In this document: positions 1-13,598 of the stretch, piece after piece
How positions within the stretch are numbered: the first letter of the stretch is position 1
Layout: each line of letters opens with the position of its first letter
Origin: Epiperipatus broadwayi
Lineage: Eukaryota; Animalia; Onychophora
Direction: 5' to 3'
Assembly (NCBI GenBank): GCA_028023455.1
Contig: JAQFVV010000002.1
Coordinates: forward strand, 10,292,001-10,356,000
DNA: 64,000 bases
Notes under the pieces: model-generated
Told to the model about the DNA's origin: nothing
What the model saw: the letters and a program-made list of their open reading frames with translations, nothing else
The model's database searches: none
Position numbers and translations under genes: made by a program

Positions 1-51
1 ACATCAGCATATTAAAAAAAAAAAATTATATATCTATATTAAACAAAATAA

Positions 52-760
52 GTTAAATATTTAATTGAGCCACACAAAGCTATATAATATAAATTAAGTG
101 TGAAAGGTAAGTTAAAATACATTATATTAGTAAGGGATTACAGAGAGAGAGAGAGAGAGAGAGAATTTAAAAGCATAATTAATAGAAACTTATAAAAATT
201 TAAGATTTGTATTATATCTTAGATAAACAGATTACCTAAGGACTTTATATTAAAGACAGCTCCACATAGAATGAGGTTACCTAAAGAATATCAGGCAAGG
301 TGCATTATTAGCAGTCAGCAGTTGGAACAGTGATGGTCATCTTGTACTGGCAGTCATATGGAACATGGCAGCAGCAGGCAAACAGTTCTTTGAGAGAAGA
401 AGAGAAAGGTTAAATATTTAATTGAGCCACACAAAGCTATATAACATAAATTAAGTGTGAAAGGTAAGTTAAAATACATTATATTAGTAAGGGATTACAG
501 AGAGAGAGAGAGAGAGAATTTAAAAGCATAATTAATAGAAACTTATAAAAATTTAAGATTTGTATTATATCTTAGATAAACAGATTACCTAAGGACTTTA
601 TATTAAAGACAGCTCCACATAGAATGAGGTTACCTAAAGAATATCAGGCAAGGTGCATTATTAGCAGTCAGCAGTTGGAACAGTGATGGTCATCTTGTAC
701 TGGCAGTCATATGGAACCTGGCAGCAGCAGGTAAACAGTTCTTCAAGAGAAGAAGAGAAG
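52..760. repeat. Tandem duplication, period ~357 bp (copies start at 52 and 409)
   Basis: GTTAAATATTTAATTGAGCCACACAAAGC... through ...GAGAAGAAGAGAA occurs twice with only a few differences, including (GA)n length. Confidence 0.95.
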
Positions 761-1284
761 GTGAAAGATTCCTCTACTCAAACATCATAGTGCTTGACTT
801 TTCCTGACTTCTTAAAGTGGAATGATGAATCAATTTTTTTGGAAAATTACTAACTCAAACATTCTGAAATTAGTTACTAACTAATTCAAAGTTTAATTAG
901 GAACTCAAAATAACTCAAAGTAAACTGAATGTAACTGACTGAAAAGTAACTGAAAGTAACTAACTGAAAAAGTAACTAAACTGACTTCTTTGTTCTATGG
1001 GCCCTTTTTATACATTAATCCCCCCAAAAATGCAATCTCAGTTGCCCACAGTTATCTCTGTAATCTCTTGATTAAAAACAACATTTAATTAGCAAAATAT
1101 TTTTAAAACAGATAAGGCTTGAAATACCATTTTAGATATGCTTTTAAAGATTTTCAAACAACTAACAAAAGAATTGCTTATGATTTTAATTAAGATTTAT
1201 AATTTTAATTAATGAAAACAATCTGACTATAGATAAAGATAATTTCAGTATTTTGAGCCTTCCCCATTTTACCTTGTTGTTACA
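52..1284 (-). mobile_element. Possible LTR in minus orientation
   Basis: On the minus strand it starts TGTAACA at 1284 and has a TATA-like GTATAAAAAAGGGCCC near 1000-1012. Short AACTGAAAAGT repeats at 920-985 resemble LTR U3/R sequence. No partner LTR or TSD seen. Confidence 0.3.
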
Positions 1285-1759
1285 TTCCAAGACTTTAATT
1301 AAATACACATATATAAAAAGATATTTACAATCATATAAGAATTTCTCATTTTCAGCCATAAATATTAATAGAATTATTGCTTTGTTCATATATATATATA
1401 TATGCATCATGCACACTACTGTTTTACTTTACTAAATAATTTTATTTATTCCTTGGATAATTATGCCTACAGTATGTGGGTGAATGGCACATATTTATGG
1501 TGAGGTCTGAATTGCGGGCCCAACATGAGGTTAGTGTAGATGGTAAAGCACGAAGCTCAATAATGATTAGGCATTGACTGCTTCATTAGAATATCAGAGA
1601 AAATAAAAATAAAAAGGGCTTCAGCAAAATGTCTCTCATTTATAGGTCTGGAAATGAAATAATAATAGAGAAATTAGTCAAATCACAAGTTGCAAATTTA
1701 GTGTGTAATTGGGGAGGGGGGGCATATCCCATGCTAGTGCCCCAGAAATGCCCATGGGC

Positions 1760-4500
1760 AAAAAAATATTGGAAGGCATTATAACAGATGCATTGCTTGA
1801 CTCAGGTAGTCAAGTGTCAGTAATTTTCCAGGATATGTTCAAATAAATCACCAGCATAAATCCTAATATTAAAACCTTATCGTTAAATACAGTATATGTT
1901 ACTTTGGCAAATAGTAAAGGGGCCAAATTAGGGTCAAAACATGTTTGGGTAGATATATGGATAGAGAAAAGGGGATATAATCATACTGCTTATTTTAGAT
2001 GGATTGATACATGATATCATGCTTGGGTCTGATTTCATTCATAAAACAGGCTGTTTGTTGGACTATGGTTTAAACTGGATAAGATTAAATGAAACAGTAT
2101 TTCTTTCTAACTTAGGAAAGGTATCAATCACCATGAAATTATGATAGAATTGGAAATATAAGTAAATGAATCACAAATTTTAAGTGAAAGCAAATAAAAG
2201 TTTTAAAACAGGTGTTAAGTGAGTCCAAAAGGATTTTTTCTGATGTCCCAAGGATAAACTAAAGCTATGAGCACAGGATAAGACTTATAAAGGACCAACC
2301 ATACCAGGTCAGAGACTACCCAATTCTCTACTAGTCCAGAGAGGAGGTTGAAGAGCAGATAGACAAAGTGTTGGAGTGAGAATTATAATCAAAATGCTCA
2401 TCACCTTTCAACAATCTCATAGTAAACATTAAGAAATAGGACAGGTCTATCTGTGTTTAGATGCTTGGGAGTTAAATAAAATAACCATACCTGAAAATAA
2501 TGCTCCACCACACATACATGAACTATTGGTAAAATTTAGAAACAAAAGGATGTTTTCAACATTTGATTGATCGCCGGCTACTGGCAAATCAAGTTATATT
2601 CTTGCAACCAGAAATGCACACCTTAATATACAATGGAAATTCATATAATTTTAATCATATGCAATTTGGACTAAAAAGTAGTGGGCAGGGTTAATACAAT
2701 GCCTGGACCAAAAGTTATCAGATGATATTAAACAATTAATAGACATGTATGTTGATGATAGTACTTGCGTTAGACAGTGTATTGGAAAAAAACACCATAT
2801 GCATTTAAAACACTTAATTCTGGAATGCAAAAAGAAAGGGATTACAATAAATTTAAAAAAAATTTTTAGTCATGACCAAGGGGAAGTTTTTAAATCATAT
2901 AATTAATGAGGAAGGTATTAACCCTCACTCTGACAAAGTTCAAGCAAGTCAGGAGTTTCCCCTTCCAAGGAATAGAAAGCACACAGGGCCATTTTTAGGG
3001 TTATGCAATTTTTTACAATCGGATTTTATAAAAAAAAGTTTTTGTGACATGGAAGCTTTGCTGCAGTTGTTAAAAAAATATGCCTTGGGTTTGGACAGCT
3101 CAGCATAGTAACAGTTTTCAGAATGTGAAAGTGAGTTTTCTAAAAGAAATCAAACATTCATATCCTGATTTTAATAGGCCCTTTTACCTACAAACTGACA
3201 GTAATGGGTTCATATTGGAGCTACTCTCTTTAAAATCCAAGAGGGGAGTCAACACTGAGACCTTTTCTTTATAATTTGGTTACTGAAGGGGTCTGGGATA
3301 AATTATATGGTAACAGAAAAGGATGTCCTAGCTATAGTTTTGGCTTTCCAGAAATTTTGTCAATTTTTGATAGGATCTGAGGTGATTGTGATTACTGATC
3401 ATAAGAGCTTTGAGTCCATAAATCACAGTTATTTGCCCAATTTCTGGTAGTAAGATGGAATTTATTCCTCTAAGAATTCAACTATAGTGTACAATATTGC
3501 AAAAGGGTAAAGAATGTAATAGAAGATACCTTAAGCTGTTATCCAGCTTCCCCTAATCAACAGTATTGAGTTGTGATAACCTCTATAATGCATCACTGGA
3601 GACAGATGAATGTAAATCAGTAGAAAATGACCTTCAGCAATCAAAGGAAAGATAAAAGAAAGACTCTAACTGCTGGCAAGTAATAGAATATGTGGAGGAA
3701 TAGAAAATACCACATTGAAGGAAGGTTATTATAGGATACAAAGGAAGAAAAGGATAAACAAAAGTGTATTGTAATGTCTATAGTCTTGCAGAGTCAGTTA
3801 AGTATGTCCATCAACTATATGAACATTAAAGATCTGAGAGCTGTTAAGCAATTGGTTTTTCTGGCCAGGGATGTATGCCAGCATTCTGGTCATAATAAAC
3901 AAATTGAGAATATATTTAAAAACAAAACCACTTAACACTCATGTATAGGGTCATTAGTGCCCATCCAATATCACTGACCATTTAACCTAGTATCCATAGA
4001 TTACGGTGGACTTCAGCACCCATTTAAAAAAAGGTATTTAGTAGTGGTCTATGATATATTTTCAAAACTAATTGCCAAATACCTCTATTCAAGTACTGGA
4101 ACAACAGCATTTTGGCAGCATTGGAGTTCTGGAAAAATTATCTCTGATTATGGAACTGCATTCATTTCAGAAGAATGAAAGAAAATGGGTAGACAAAAGC
4201 AAAATAAAAAAACATCCTCACATCATTTAGAAACTTTCAATCTAATCCATGTGAACAAATCAAGCAGGAATTAGGATGATTATTTAAAATGTGTATAAAT
4301 ACTAATCAGTGAGGACGTGTGAAGAAAATCCCACAGATTGTTAACATGATTAATTGGACCATAAACAAATTTACTGTGTTTGAACACATTTGACTTCATT
4401 TTGGGAAAAACACACCATATCTTTTAAAAATTAAATTGCCAGTGCACCTGCCCCCTGTAGATGAAGAAAGAGACAAAAGAAAGTCTATCAAGTTTAAACT
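1760..4500 (+). pseudogene. Degenerate Ty3/Gypsy pol (protease-RT-RNaseH-integrase)
   Basis: Hand translation gives protease ALLDSGSQVS (~1790-1820), RT CLDAWELNK (2455) and YVDD (2748), RNaseH FYLQTDS (3182) and AIVLAFQKF...VITDHKS (3330-3410), and integrase PFNLVSIDY (3980), SDYGTAF (4145) and SNPCEQ (4240). Many stops and frameshifts; domain order is Gypsy. Confidence 0.92.
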
Positions 4501-4705
4501 AAGTAATAGTAGCATGATAAGGATTAGCCCTGCAAGTCAACCGGAGAAACATCTATTCATAAAATTTCAGAAGATCTACAAGGATTCATATATTATAGTG
4601 TGCCAATAATAATGCATTTGTTGTGGCAAAAGCAGTGTTGAGAAAGAAACTTATAATGCCTGGTCTCTAAAATTAGTTTAAAAAACAAACCATCTGACAA
4701 AAATT

Positions 4706-4750
4706 AAAACAAGCAAAACTCTCCATATAATGGTGTCACTGGGTCAGAAC
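4706..4750 (-). mobile_element. Fragment of the hammerhead-bearing mini-element family
   Basis: TTAAAACAAGCAAAACTCTCCATATAATGGTGTCAC closely matches 43733-43785 (TTAAAACAGGCAAAACTCTCCATACAGTAGTGCCAC). Confidence 0.45.
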
Positions 4751-4756
4751 AAGTTG

Positions 4757-4966
4757 ATGGATCCTCAGACAATAAAAAGGAAGGGATCTTGACCTTGGAA
4801 TTTGAAACTGGAGATCAATTAAAGAAAATGAAAGTAAAATTTAAAAAGAAAAAAAGGGAAAATGGATCCTCAGACAATAAAAAGAAAGAGATCTTGACCT
4901 TGGAATTTGAAACTGGAGATCAATTAAAGAAAATGAATGTAAAATTTAAAAAGAAAAAAAGGGAAA
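4757..4966. repeat. Two-copy tandem repeat, period 105 bp
   Basis: ATGGATCCTCAGACAATAAAA...AAGAAAAAAAGGGAAA starts at 4757 and 4862; copies are near-identical. Confidence 0.95.
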
Positions 4967-5746
4967 ATAATAATTAAAATATCTCAGCTTATGATACTGC
5001 TAAAATAAGGCAGCATCATATGTCAAGCAAACAAAGAGATAAATTCATAGGAACCAAATAGTATAATCATAGTCAAGATGGAAAATGTAGAACTTCAACT
5101 TAGCTTATAATTGCCAATATGGCAGCAAAACATGATCAAACAAATAAATAGATTATAATCATATATAAATGACTATTGTGTGAGAATAAATAGTTATTTG
5201 AAGTGTGTGTATGAAGGATGTGGAGGGATTCATCATCAAAGGTATGTTTGTTTAAGCTGTCATTATGAAAAATAGACATGTAAGGAATCAGGGGCATCCA
5301 GTTATTTTCAAAAATGATGGGCCAGCAGAGAAAGTCCTGGACCCATCCAATATGCTGTAAGAGAAATTCCCAACTGATTGTCATAAATTAAATGCACTGG
5401 AAGGAAAATTCCCAGTATATTAGTATTATTAGCATAATTCAAATGGACAGTAGAAGTGTCCTGCCATTCACATTGTGTCCAAATCCCATGTTTTGCATCC
5501 ATAGTGATGAAATTTGCCACTGTATGGTTCTCATGATAGAAATTAAATTAGATTTGATCAGCATAAAAAAACTGGCTGTAGTAAGTAAGGTATCACCCTC
5601 TGTGATTTTTATCATGTTTATATCACTAGTAAGAGTGATATACATATAAAAAAAAGGAAAACCAAAAGAAGAAATCAATCCAATCATTAAAGCTAAAATC
5701 AGTCAATATCCAATTGATGCCATTTTACCTCTCAAATTGAGAGGGG

Positions 5747-6970
5747 TGTAATGCAATACTCTCATATATATTGCGTAACACACACACACATATATATGTT
5801 ACATGTGCATATTTATAGTTCACAATAAAAAAATAGAAAAAGCAAATAAATTAATGAAAAGAGAATTTTAAGAAATAAGCTAAAACAACCATTAGATCAA
5901 TTACTAGAGTTTTATTAATTGAATTACAAAGGTGGGGAAAAGAAAATCTGATTTAAGTTAAGATTCAGAACCCAGTCTCTTCTTTTTCTCTTTAAGGAAG
6001 AATTAATGTTATAAAAGAAATAAGATATTTTAATTTACATTATATTTTGATAATATAAAAATATAATTCAAAGTAAAAATAGACATTAAATTAATTAATG
6101 AGAAGTAATCTTTGTAAAATATCTCATTGGCAGAAATAGAATTAAATTTTGGAAAATTCTTAGCCAATAAGATAATTCATTAATCTAAAAAAAGATTAAG
6201 ATTGATAAGATTAATCATTTAATTAAAAACTAAAAGCAAAAATGTAATAAAAATGAACAATAGGAGGGGAAGTGTATAAAGTCTGCCAGCTCAATAGTTG
6301 GAGGAAGGCAGTTAGTTAAAATTTTTGTGTTGAAGTTAAGAGGGAGTCAAGCCCATGAATCACTAACTAATAATCGACAAAGCAACACCATGCACTGCTG
6401 AGAAAACCACCAGATTACCTGTCTCGGCTTCATTCCCTAGCTGTCATCACCATCAGTTTTTCTCTCTTGCTATCAATGTCTTTCCCATAAGGTAGGGTTC
6501 TGCTGCATCCCTCTCCTATAGCCATTCTGAAATCTGAAGAAGGTAAAAAATCAGTAGCTGATATTAGAATGGCCAGCTATGTAGAATATCAGTAGCACCA
6601 TAAACATAAAAGCCCATGAACTGTGAAGGAAGGACTATTCAAATTTGCCAAAAATCGATGATATCTCCAAGTGAAAATCTAGATAAATATCTTGAACATT
6701 GTTGAAAAATGTCTAGATATTATTAAGTACAAATGAACGATATGAAGAAGGACTATTAACATTACAAATGTCAGAATTATATAATGGAAGTATGTGATGA
6801 ATTAACTCTTGTTAAAATATATTTATTCGGTTTGAGAATTTGTATTATATCTATATTTATTGTGTTAAATATATGTGTGAAATTGAAACTTTAATCTGAT
6901 GGTATGTGTGTATAGGAATAAAAAGTGTTGCTAAATATTACTTGGTCTGCTTTAAATAGAAATATTGTTA
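5747..6970 (+). mobile_element. Probable 3' LTR of the first Gypsy element
   Basis: Polypurine tract GAGAGGGG (5739-5746) is directly followed by TGTAATGC. GTATAAAG TATA-like motif near 6273 and AATAAA near 6917. The 3' end is estimated. Confidence 0.55.
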
Positions 6971-7143
6971 AGAAACTTTCATTTAATGTTGAGTTTTTAC
7001 ATTTATAAACATGAAAAACTACAGAAAAAAGAAAATTGTATTTTTCAATATGCTTTTTTCATTGAAAATTCCCCCCCCCCCCCCAGAGAAATTGATTGTA
7101 AATTTAAAAAATATAAGAACATAAATGAAAGAAAAACAAAAAT

Positions 7144-9166
7144 GGGTGCAAATTTAGTACGTGATCTCTGACATTTTGAATTTCAAAAATAGCCAAAAAC
7201 ATAAAAAATTTAGAACTTGGGTCACGTGACTTGAAAAAATCCGCCAAAACACACAGTTAAAAAAAAAAAGCCAAAACACGAACAATTAACATTTTTTCAT
7301 TTTAAATTATAAATCAAATAATTTATATATAGAGAGAGCAAGATTACTATATTTAAATCTTAATCAATAAATGCTAGTTATCATTGCCTAAAAAAGTACT
7401 TGGTAGCATTTTGATGTGGCTGATATGTGATATCTAAGGCACCCCTCCCCCCTTATACAAATTAAAGTAATATATATGCGATATATATATATTTCACACA
7501 AATAAAATTATGAGTGCGTAAAATAAACAAATAAATGAAATACGATAAATAAATGAATGGCTAGTATTTTTGAAGGAATACCTTCATTATCAAAGCTGTG
7601 GCTAAATGAATTGTGAAGTAAAACTTGGTATAAGAAATGCAAAGTGTATTCAAATTTAGCACACAACAATTCATTTAGCACACAGCTTTGATAATGAAGG
7701 TAAATAAACCCAATAGCCATTTATTTATTTATCATATTTCATTTATTTGTTTTCTTTACGCACTCATAATTTTATTTGTGTAAAATATATATCTAATATA
7801 TATTACTCATTACAGACACAAAGCGATTATTAATTAAAATAAATATTTTTTTAAAAAAATAAAAATAAAATATTTACATTTATTTAACATATGTTTTTGT
7901 TTTCCTTTGTTGGTAGTAAAACTCATTTCAATGTTAATAGATATACAGATTATAGTGATATAATCAAGAGTAGATCTGATATAGATGAAATGCAAATGAA
8001 GACTCTAATGAGTTTTATCTTCTTATATTTTAACGCGTATATATATTTGTGTACAAGTAAGCTGTATATAACTAACTTTAATAGTGACTAGAGTAATATT
8101 TATATGTACATCCGCACACAGTAAGAGGCTTAATACGCCTTATTCGATTTTTCCCATCATATCAAGAAAGTTACTTTCTAATTCTCAGAATTTGTATACA
8201 AAATAATTATAGAGTGATTTGCGTATTTTTCTAAACATTTTTTAAATTATTTGTTGAGGTATGATTTTATATATTGAAGTGGTGAATATTATCTGTACAC
8301 AGATATACTTGCTTCATTTTACTTAAAACCAAACTATATCTTATGGTGTATAAAATGTAATATTAAAATCCGCACCCATTTGTAATAGGTGCGTGTGTGT
8401 ATATATAATATTATGGCATCTTTCTAAAGCTAAAATCTAAATTATTTAAGTTAAGCATTTTACAGTTAAAAGAAACATATATAAAAACTGAAAACCATTA
8501 AATAAGAATGTAAAAGTAGACAATGGGAGAGGGGAAGAAATATAAGTGCGGTGCATCTTTATCCACAAAGGCAATCTTGAAAATAGCTACAGTCAAACAC
8601 CTTTGGATGTTCAAAGATGTCAAATGTAAAATAAAACAAAGAGCAGGAAACCAAATGGTCGACTATATATTGATTAAGGTTTAATCTTGTTATATATAAA
8701 TTAATTGATTTATAATTTAAAATGAGAAAATGTATTATTATTATGTACTTTTTTAGGCAATGATAACTAGCATTTATTGATTAAGATTTAAATATAGTAA
8801 TCTTGCTCTCTCTCTATATATATAAATTATTTGATTTATAATTTAAAATGAGAAAATGTATTATTATTATGTACTTTTTTAGGCAATGATAACTAGCATT
8901 TATTGATTAAGATTTAAATATATTAATCTTGTTCTCTCTATATATAAATTATTTGATTTATAATTTAAAATGAGAAAATGATAATTTTTTGTGTTTTGGC
9001 TTTTTTTTTTTAATTGTGCAGTTTGCGGGTTTTCCCAAGTCACGTGACCCAAGTTCTAAATTTTTCCTGTTTTCGCGTAGTTTTTTATCACTTAGATGTG
9101 TCAGACGATGTTTTTGGCTATGTTTGAAATTCAAAATGGCAGAGATCGCGTACTAAATTTGCATCC
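7144..9166. mobile_element. Non-autonomous DNA transposon with long (~250 bp) terminal inverted repeats
   Basis: GGGTGCAAATTTAGTACGTGATCTCTG... at 7144 is mirrored by ...CAGAGATCGCGTACTAAATTTGCATCC ending at 9166. The right TIR interior has an ~125 bp tandem duplication (8705/8831/8953). Flanked by AAAAAT(G) on both sides. CpGs are retained. Confidence 0.85.
7484..7792. mobile_element. Near-palindromic MITE-like foldback nested in the TIR element
   Basis: TTTCACACAAATAAAATTATGAGTGCGT... pairs with ...ACGCACTCATAATTTTATTTGTGTAAAA, and CCTTCATTATCAAAGCTGTG pairs with CACAGCTTTGATAATGAAGG. Flanked by (TA)n. Confidence 0.8.
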
Positions 9167-10374
9167 AAAAATGAATATTAGTATATATATATGCAAAAGA
9201 ATTGTCTGATTGAAACTTGAAAATTTTTTCAAAATTTTACCTAGCCTAAATGAAATATAATTCATCCATAAGATTTTTTCAACTGGCTCATAATTATTTT
9301 GACTAATCATTCAATATTGGTCAGTAAATGGGTATCTATCTATTATTAACTAAAGGTTTAAACAAGCATAAAAGTTTGTTCAACCTTTCTCTATCGGTTA
9401 TTGATGTCTGATAAGTAATGCCCTATGTTTCATTATCTTCATATTATGGCTGTTAGACATTTTTGCTCTCCAGTTATATAGCTAGTGCATTTTTTTTTTA
9501 CATATAAACACCTAAATGCATTAAAATTCATGGTATAGCTGTAAAGAGATAGGAATGCCATTCTGAAGCAAAATATAATATATTCTCACTATTCCCCAAT
9601 ATCTAAATCATTATATATATGTTGAGCCTTTCTATTTTGCTATACCATTCTATGTTTGTAATTAATGGTCAATTTTAATAAAAAATTGTAAATTTTATAT
9701 AATTATTAGTAAAAACCTATTATTTAAGTTGTAGGAGAATTTAAATTATATTGTTTCTTTAGTGCTAAACTTGACTTAATTTTTTTTAGATAAATATAAT
9801 CTATAAGTTATAAATTTGAAATATGTTATGTTGTTTATTTTAAAATAAAAAGCAAATAATAGTTAATCTTATAAGGTATTTTAAATCTGTAGTTATAATA
9901 ATTAAAAATTAATATTGATTATAATTATTAATAATCAAAGTAAAAATTGCTATTTATTTATTATTTTTAAATCATTTAATTAATAATAAAATAACTGAGA
10001 AGTGAGTTGCATGTTAATAGGTGTGCACATACACATTCGTTAAATAATAAATGAAATTTACTTCCTGGTACATTTTAAAAAAGTGTTAATTGTGAGTAAT
10101 AAATATTATTTTTTTTATTATATAAATTTCATAAAAAGTTTCTAAAATCAATAATTATAATAATAATGTGGATTATAAAATTTAAGTATTAAAATTTAAG
10201 TTTAAATAAAGAGTGTTTATTATCAAAAGATAAATTTAAATTTTACAATATTAAAATTAAGAGAATAATAATTTCATATTAGTTATAAGTGTAGATAAAA
10301 CAATTAATATTCATTTTTTGCCAAACATCTAAAAGTGATTAATCAATCAGATATTGTGAAATTTTTTTCTATAA

Positions 10375-10850
10375 ATAGAAGATAAGCAGGTGATAGATGG
10401 GAGAAATCAACAAAAAATTTAAGGAATAAACTCTATTTTTTGTTTTAAAAATTTTTAAGTATAAAGTTATTGAAATCTTATTGTTTTAACATTAAAAATA
10501 ATAATAATAATTTTAAAAGGAATGGAGTATTTTAAAAAGTTTATTTATTAATTCATCATTGAATAAGAAGCAAAACTATCTTCGTTGGTATACCACAGAA
10601 GCTGAGTATATACTTGTCCATATTGGAAGGGAGCAAAACTTCATTCGAGCAGATAAAAATATACTTCAATAAGAAACCTTGCAGATTATCAAACTGTTTT
10701 GCCTACAGAAAATGCAAAGGAGATGTTAGGAATTTATTTCTTATTAATTTTCATATGCATAATGATAGGAAACATTTTCTACTAAATCCTATTTTTAATA
10801 AAAATAAAGATAATTACTTCTTAGTAAAAATATTGACATTTCCAGATATG
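10375..10850 (+). pseudogene. Highly decayed Ty1/Copia RT-RNaseH junction relic
   Basis: Translates to *AGDRWEKST (cf. WAGD..DRKST), NKKQNY...YTTEAEYI (cf. SKKQ...STTEAEYI) and NPIFNKNK (cf. NPVFH.RTK), in Copia order. Confidence 0.5.
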
Positions 10851-10934
10851 AATTTATTAATGACTTTATTATGAGGATAATGACCTTAAAGAAGAAAGAT
10901 AGAATGCAGACTAATTTTATTAAATATTTATTAC

Positions 10935-12262
10935 TCAATCAATCAATAATATTTTGTTCAATGGACAGGTCCAGAGAGTAGTCACAACATCAATTCATTC
11001 ATTTTTCCATTCTATTCTCTTCCTTATCCATTTCTTCAATTCCACATAAATCTTCCCATCTCTTATATCATCCAATAATGTCAATTTCTTCCATCCTAAC
11101 TTCTTACTTCCACTCACCATTCCCTCCAAAACATCTTTCATTAAACTATAATTTCTTCTTAGTATATGTCCAATCCAGTTTCTCTTTCTCTCTCTGATGT
11201 TCTTAATTCATCTTCATTCCTCATTTACTCTTTTCAAAACTTCATTTGTTATTTTAATCATTTGACTGATTTTCTCCATTCTTCTTCATGTTCACAACTC
11301 AAAGGCTTCCAATCATTTCTTAATTCTATTACTCAGTGTCCATGTCTCACAAATATACATTAATAAACTTCACATATAACATTTAATTAATCTCTTTCTT
11401 AATACTTTTTCCAATGGTCCACAAAATATCTTCTTTCTCTTCACAAAAGTCTCTTTTACCAATGCTATTTTTCTTTTAACTTCATCTTCACTTCTTTCAT
11501 CCTCACTCGACCAACTACCCAAATATCTAAATCCCTTCACCTGTTGAACCATATTACCACAAAATCCAATTTTCAGTCTTTTTGTATTTCTCCCTATCAA
11601 TAAACACTTAGACTTTTCAATATTAATCTTTATTCCCTATACATATATCCTTCTCCCAATTTATTCAACATATTCTGAAGACCCTTTTTCTCCTCAGAAA
11701 TAAAAGCCATTTACTCTTTCTCAATCCAAATAATTATTTAGCATGTCATCTAAATAAATATTAAACAGAACAGATGACATACTACATCCTTACTGAATTC
11801 CATTTTCTATATTCACTTCATCAGTCTCCTTTACTCCCAAATTTAATTCTTATCATTTGACCATTTATACATATTCCAAATCAAACTTCTTTCTTTCCAA
11901 AATACTTCTTTATTTCTTAAGCTGGACATAAATTTATTCCAGACTACTCTATAAAATACCATTTCTAAATCCACAAAACATATACCAATTCCTTTATCTT
12001 TTTCAATATATCTTTCCTCAATTATCCTAACAATACCAATAGCATCTCTTGTGCTTTTTGCTTTACAAAAATCAAACTATTCTTCTCCAATATAACAATC
12101 TACCTTCCCATAAATTATTTGAGTTAAAATCCTCAATAAAACTTTAGAAAAATGTAATAACAAACTTATTGTTCTATACTCTTCACATTTAGCAGTATTC
12201 TTCTTTTTAGCAATTGGAATCATTATAGTCTTTAAAAAATCTTCAGGCCAAACTCCACTAAT
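10935..12262 (-). mobile_element. 5'-truncated RTE-clade LINE (RT domain, degraded)
   Basis: Minus-strand GVWPEDFLKTIMIPIAKKKNTAKCEEYRTISLL and QVKGFRYLGS...EVKRKIALVKETF (ORF 11370-11600). Short (ATTG)n-type 3' tail near 10935-10950. Confidence 0.9.
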
Positions 12263-13240
12263 ATATCAAATTACAACTAACTTTAATATCATTTATGTAT
12301 TGTTAACTTATTAGTTTATTAAATATGAATTACTTGGAGAACTTTAGAACTTTATAATTCTATCAGTAACTATTTCTGAAGTTTGAGGAAAAAATGAAAA
12401 TTTTAAAAATTACAATAAATGTCTTTATTCAATAGTAAAATACTTATTTACTAAAGTGTGAAGGAATTTATCAATGATATAATGAAGTATGAACTTTTAA
12501 TACAAGAATTTATTATTGTTATTGATAAATAACTTTTGTTTGGATTTTTATTCGCATTTCTGTTTACGCTACAAATAATGGAGAAAAGCACAAAGGGGAG
12601 AGAAAGGAAGGCAGAAATCTCGATTCAAGCAACATTTGGTCATGGTCATCAACTACCCTGGAAATGTGATTTTTTTTTTATTTAGTCAAAGGAGTTAAAA
12701 AAAAAAACTTTTTGTAGATATTATTTTAATTGTATTGACTAATATTAACATAGTATTAAGTACTTATATTTATTTATTTTATATGTTGTTTTTTAAATTT
12801 AAATATTCTAGAATTTTTTTGTATAAAAAGAAAAAAAATCAATTTTTTTTTTTTTTGATTATAATTCTATAACGTAAAAGAAATTATATTTATAAGAAAG
12901 TCATTGATCATAATCATAAAATATTACGATTAAAGTAACTTTATTTTTTTTATAAGATATTTATATTGAATTTTTAAGCCAGGAATTAGGTAAAATAAAT
13001 GTGTAATATTTATAATGTGTATATTTACTTGAAAGTATATGAAAAAGAGTTGAATATATCTATTATATTATTAATATAAGTTTATAAGTATGTGTATGAT
13101 TGATCTCTTTATAAGTTAAAGATAACTGATTTATTATATTTATGATACATTATATCATAAACTATTTGTTTATTTTTTAATCTTCTTGGTATGTTCAAAA
13201 GTATAAAAATGTTAAGGACAAGTTTAAATGTTATTTAAAA

Positions 13241-13598
13241 CAGCATTTCTCAACCTTTGGATCACAACCCAATATTGGGTCATGTTAAATTTTTAATGGG
13301 TCACAAATATACACCAAGAAATAAAAACATAAATATCTGATATCAAAAAATCTTTTTATATTTTAACAAAATGTGCTAAGGTTTCAAATTAAAAATATGT
13401 AGTTCAACTTTTAATTTACAAATAATTTATTTATTATAAATAGTATCAAATTGATTCGAATGTTTACATATATACAGTATCGTGCTGATGTAATATCTCT
13501 TTTATTTTATATTATAATTTGTGTAATAAACATTTGGGTTGCAAAACTATTTCAATGAAATCTATTGGGTTGCGTGGCAAAAAGGTTGAGAAACGCTA
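13241..13598. mobile_element. hAT-family MITE
   Basis: TIRs CAGCATTTCTCAACCT / AGGTTGAGAAACGCTA with an exact 8-bp TSD ATTTAAAA (13233-13240 and 13599-13606). Confidence 0.9.

Noticed and set aside
1495-1540. PBS-like GGGCCCAACATGAGG upstream of the Gypsy protease
   Set aside because: Weak match to a tRNA-Lys PBS, no room for gag and no matching 5' LTR.
11166-11363. 65-aa plus-strand ORF
   Set aside because: Antisense shadow of the minus-strand RTE.
12577-12700. Short ORF MEKSTKGRERKAEISIQ... in a CpG-retaining patch
   Set aside because: About 40 codons with no splice donor or homology support.
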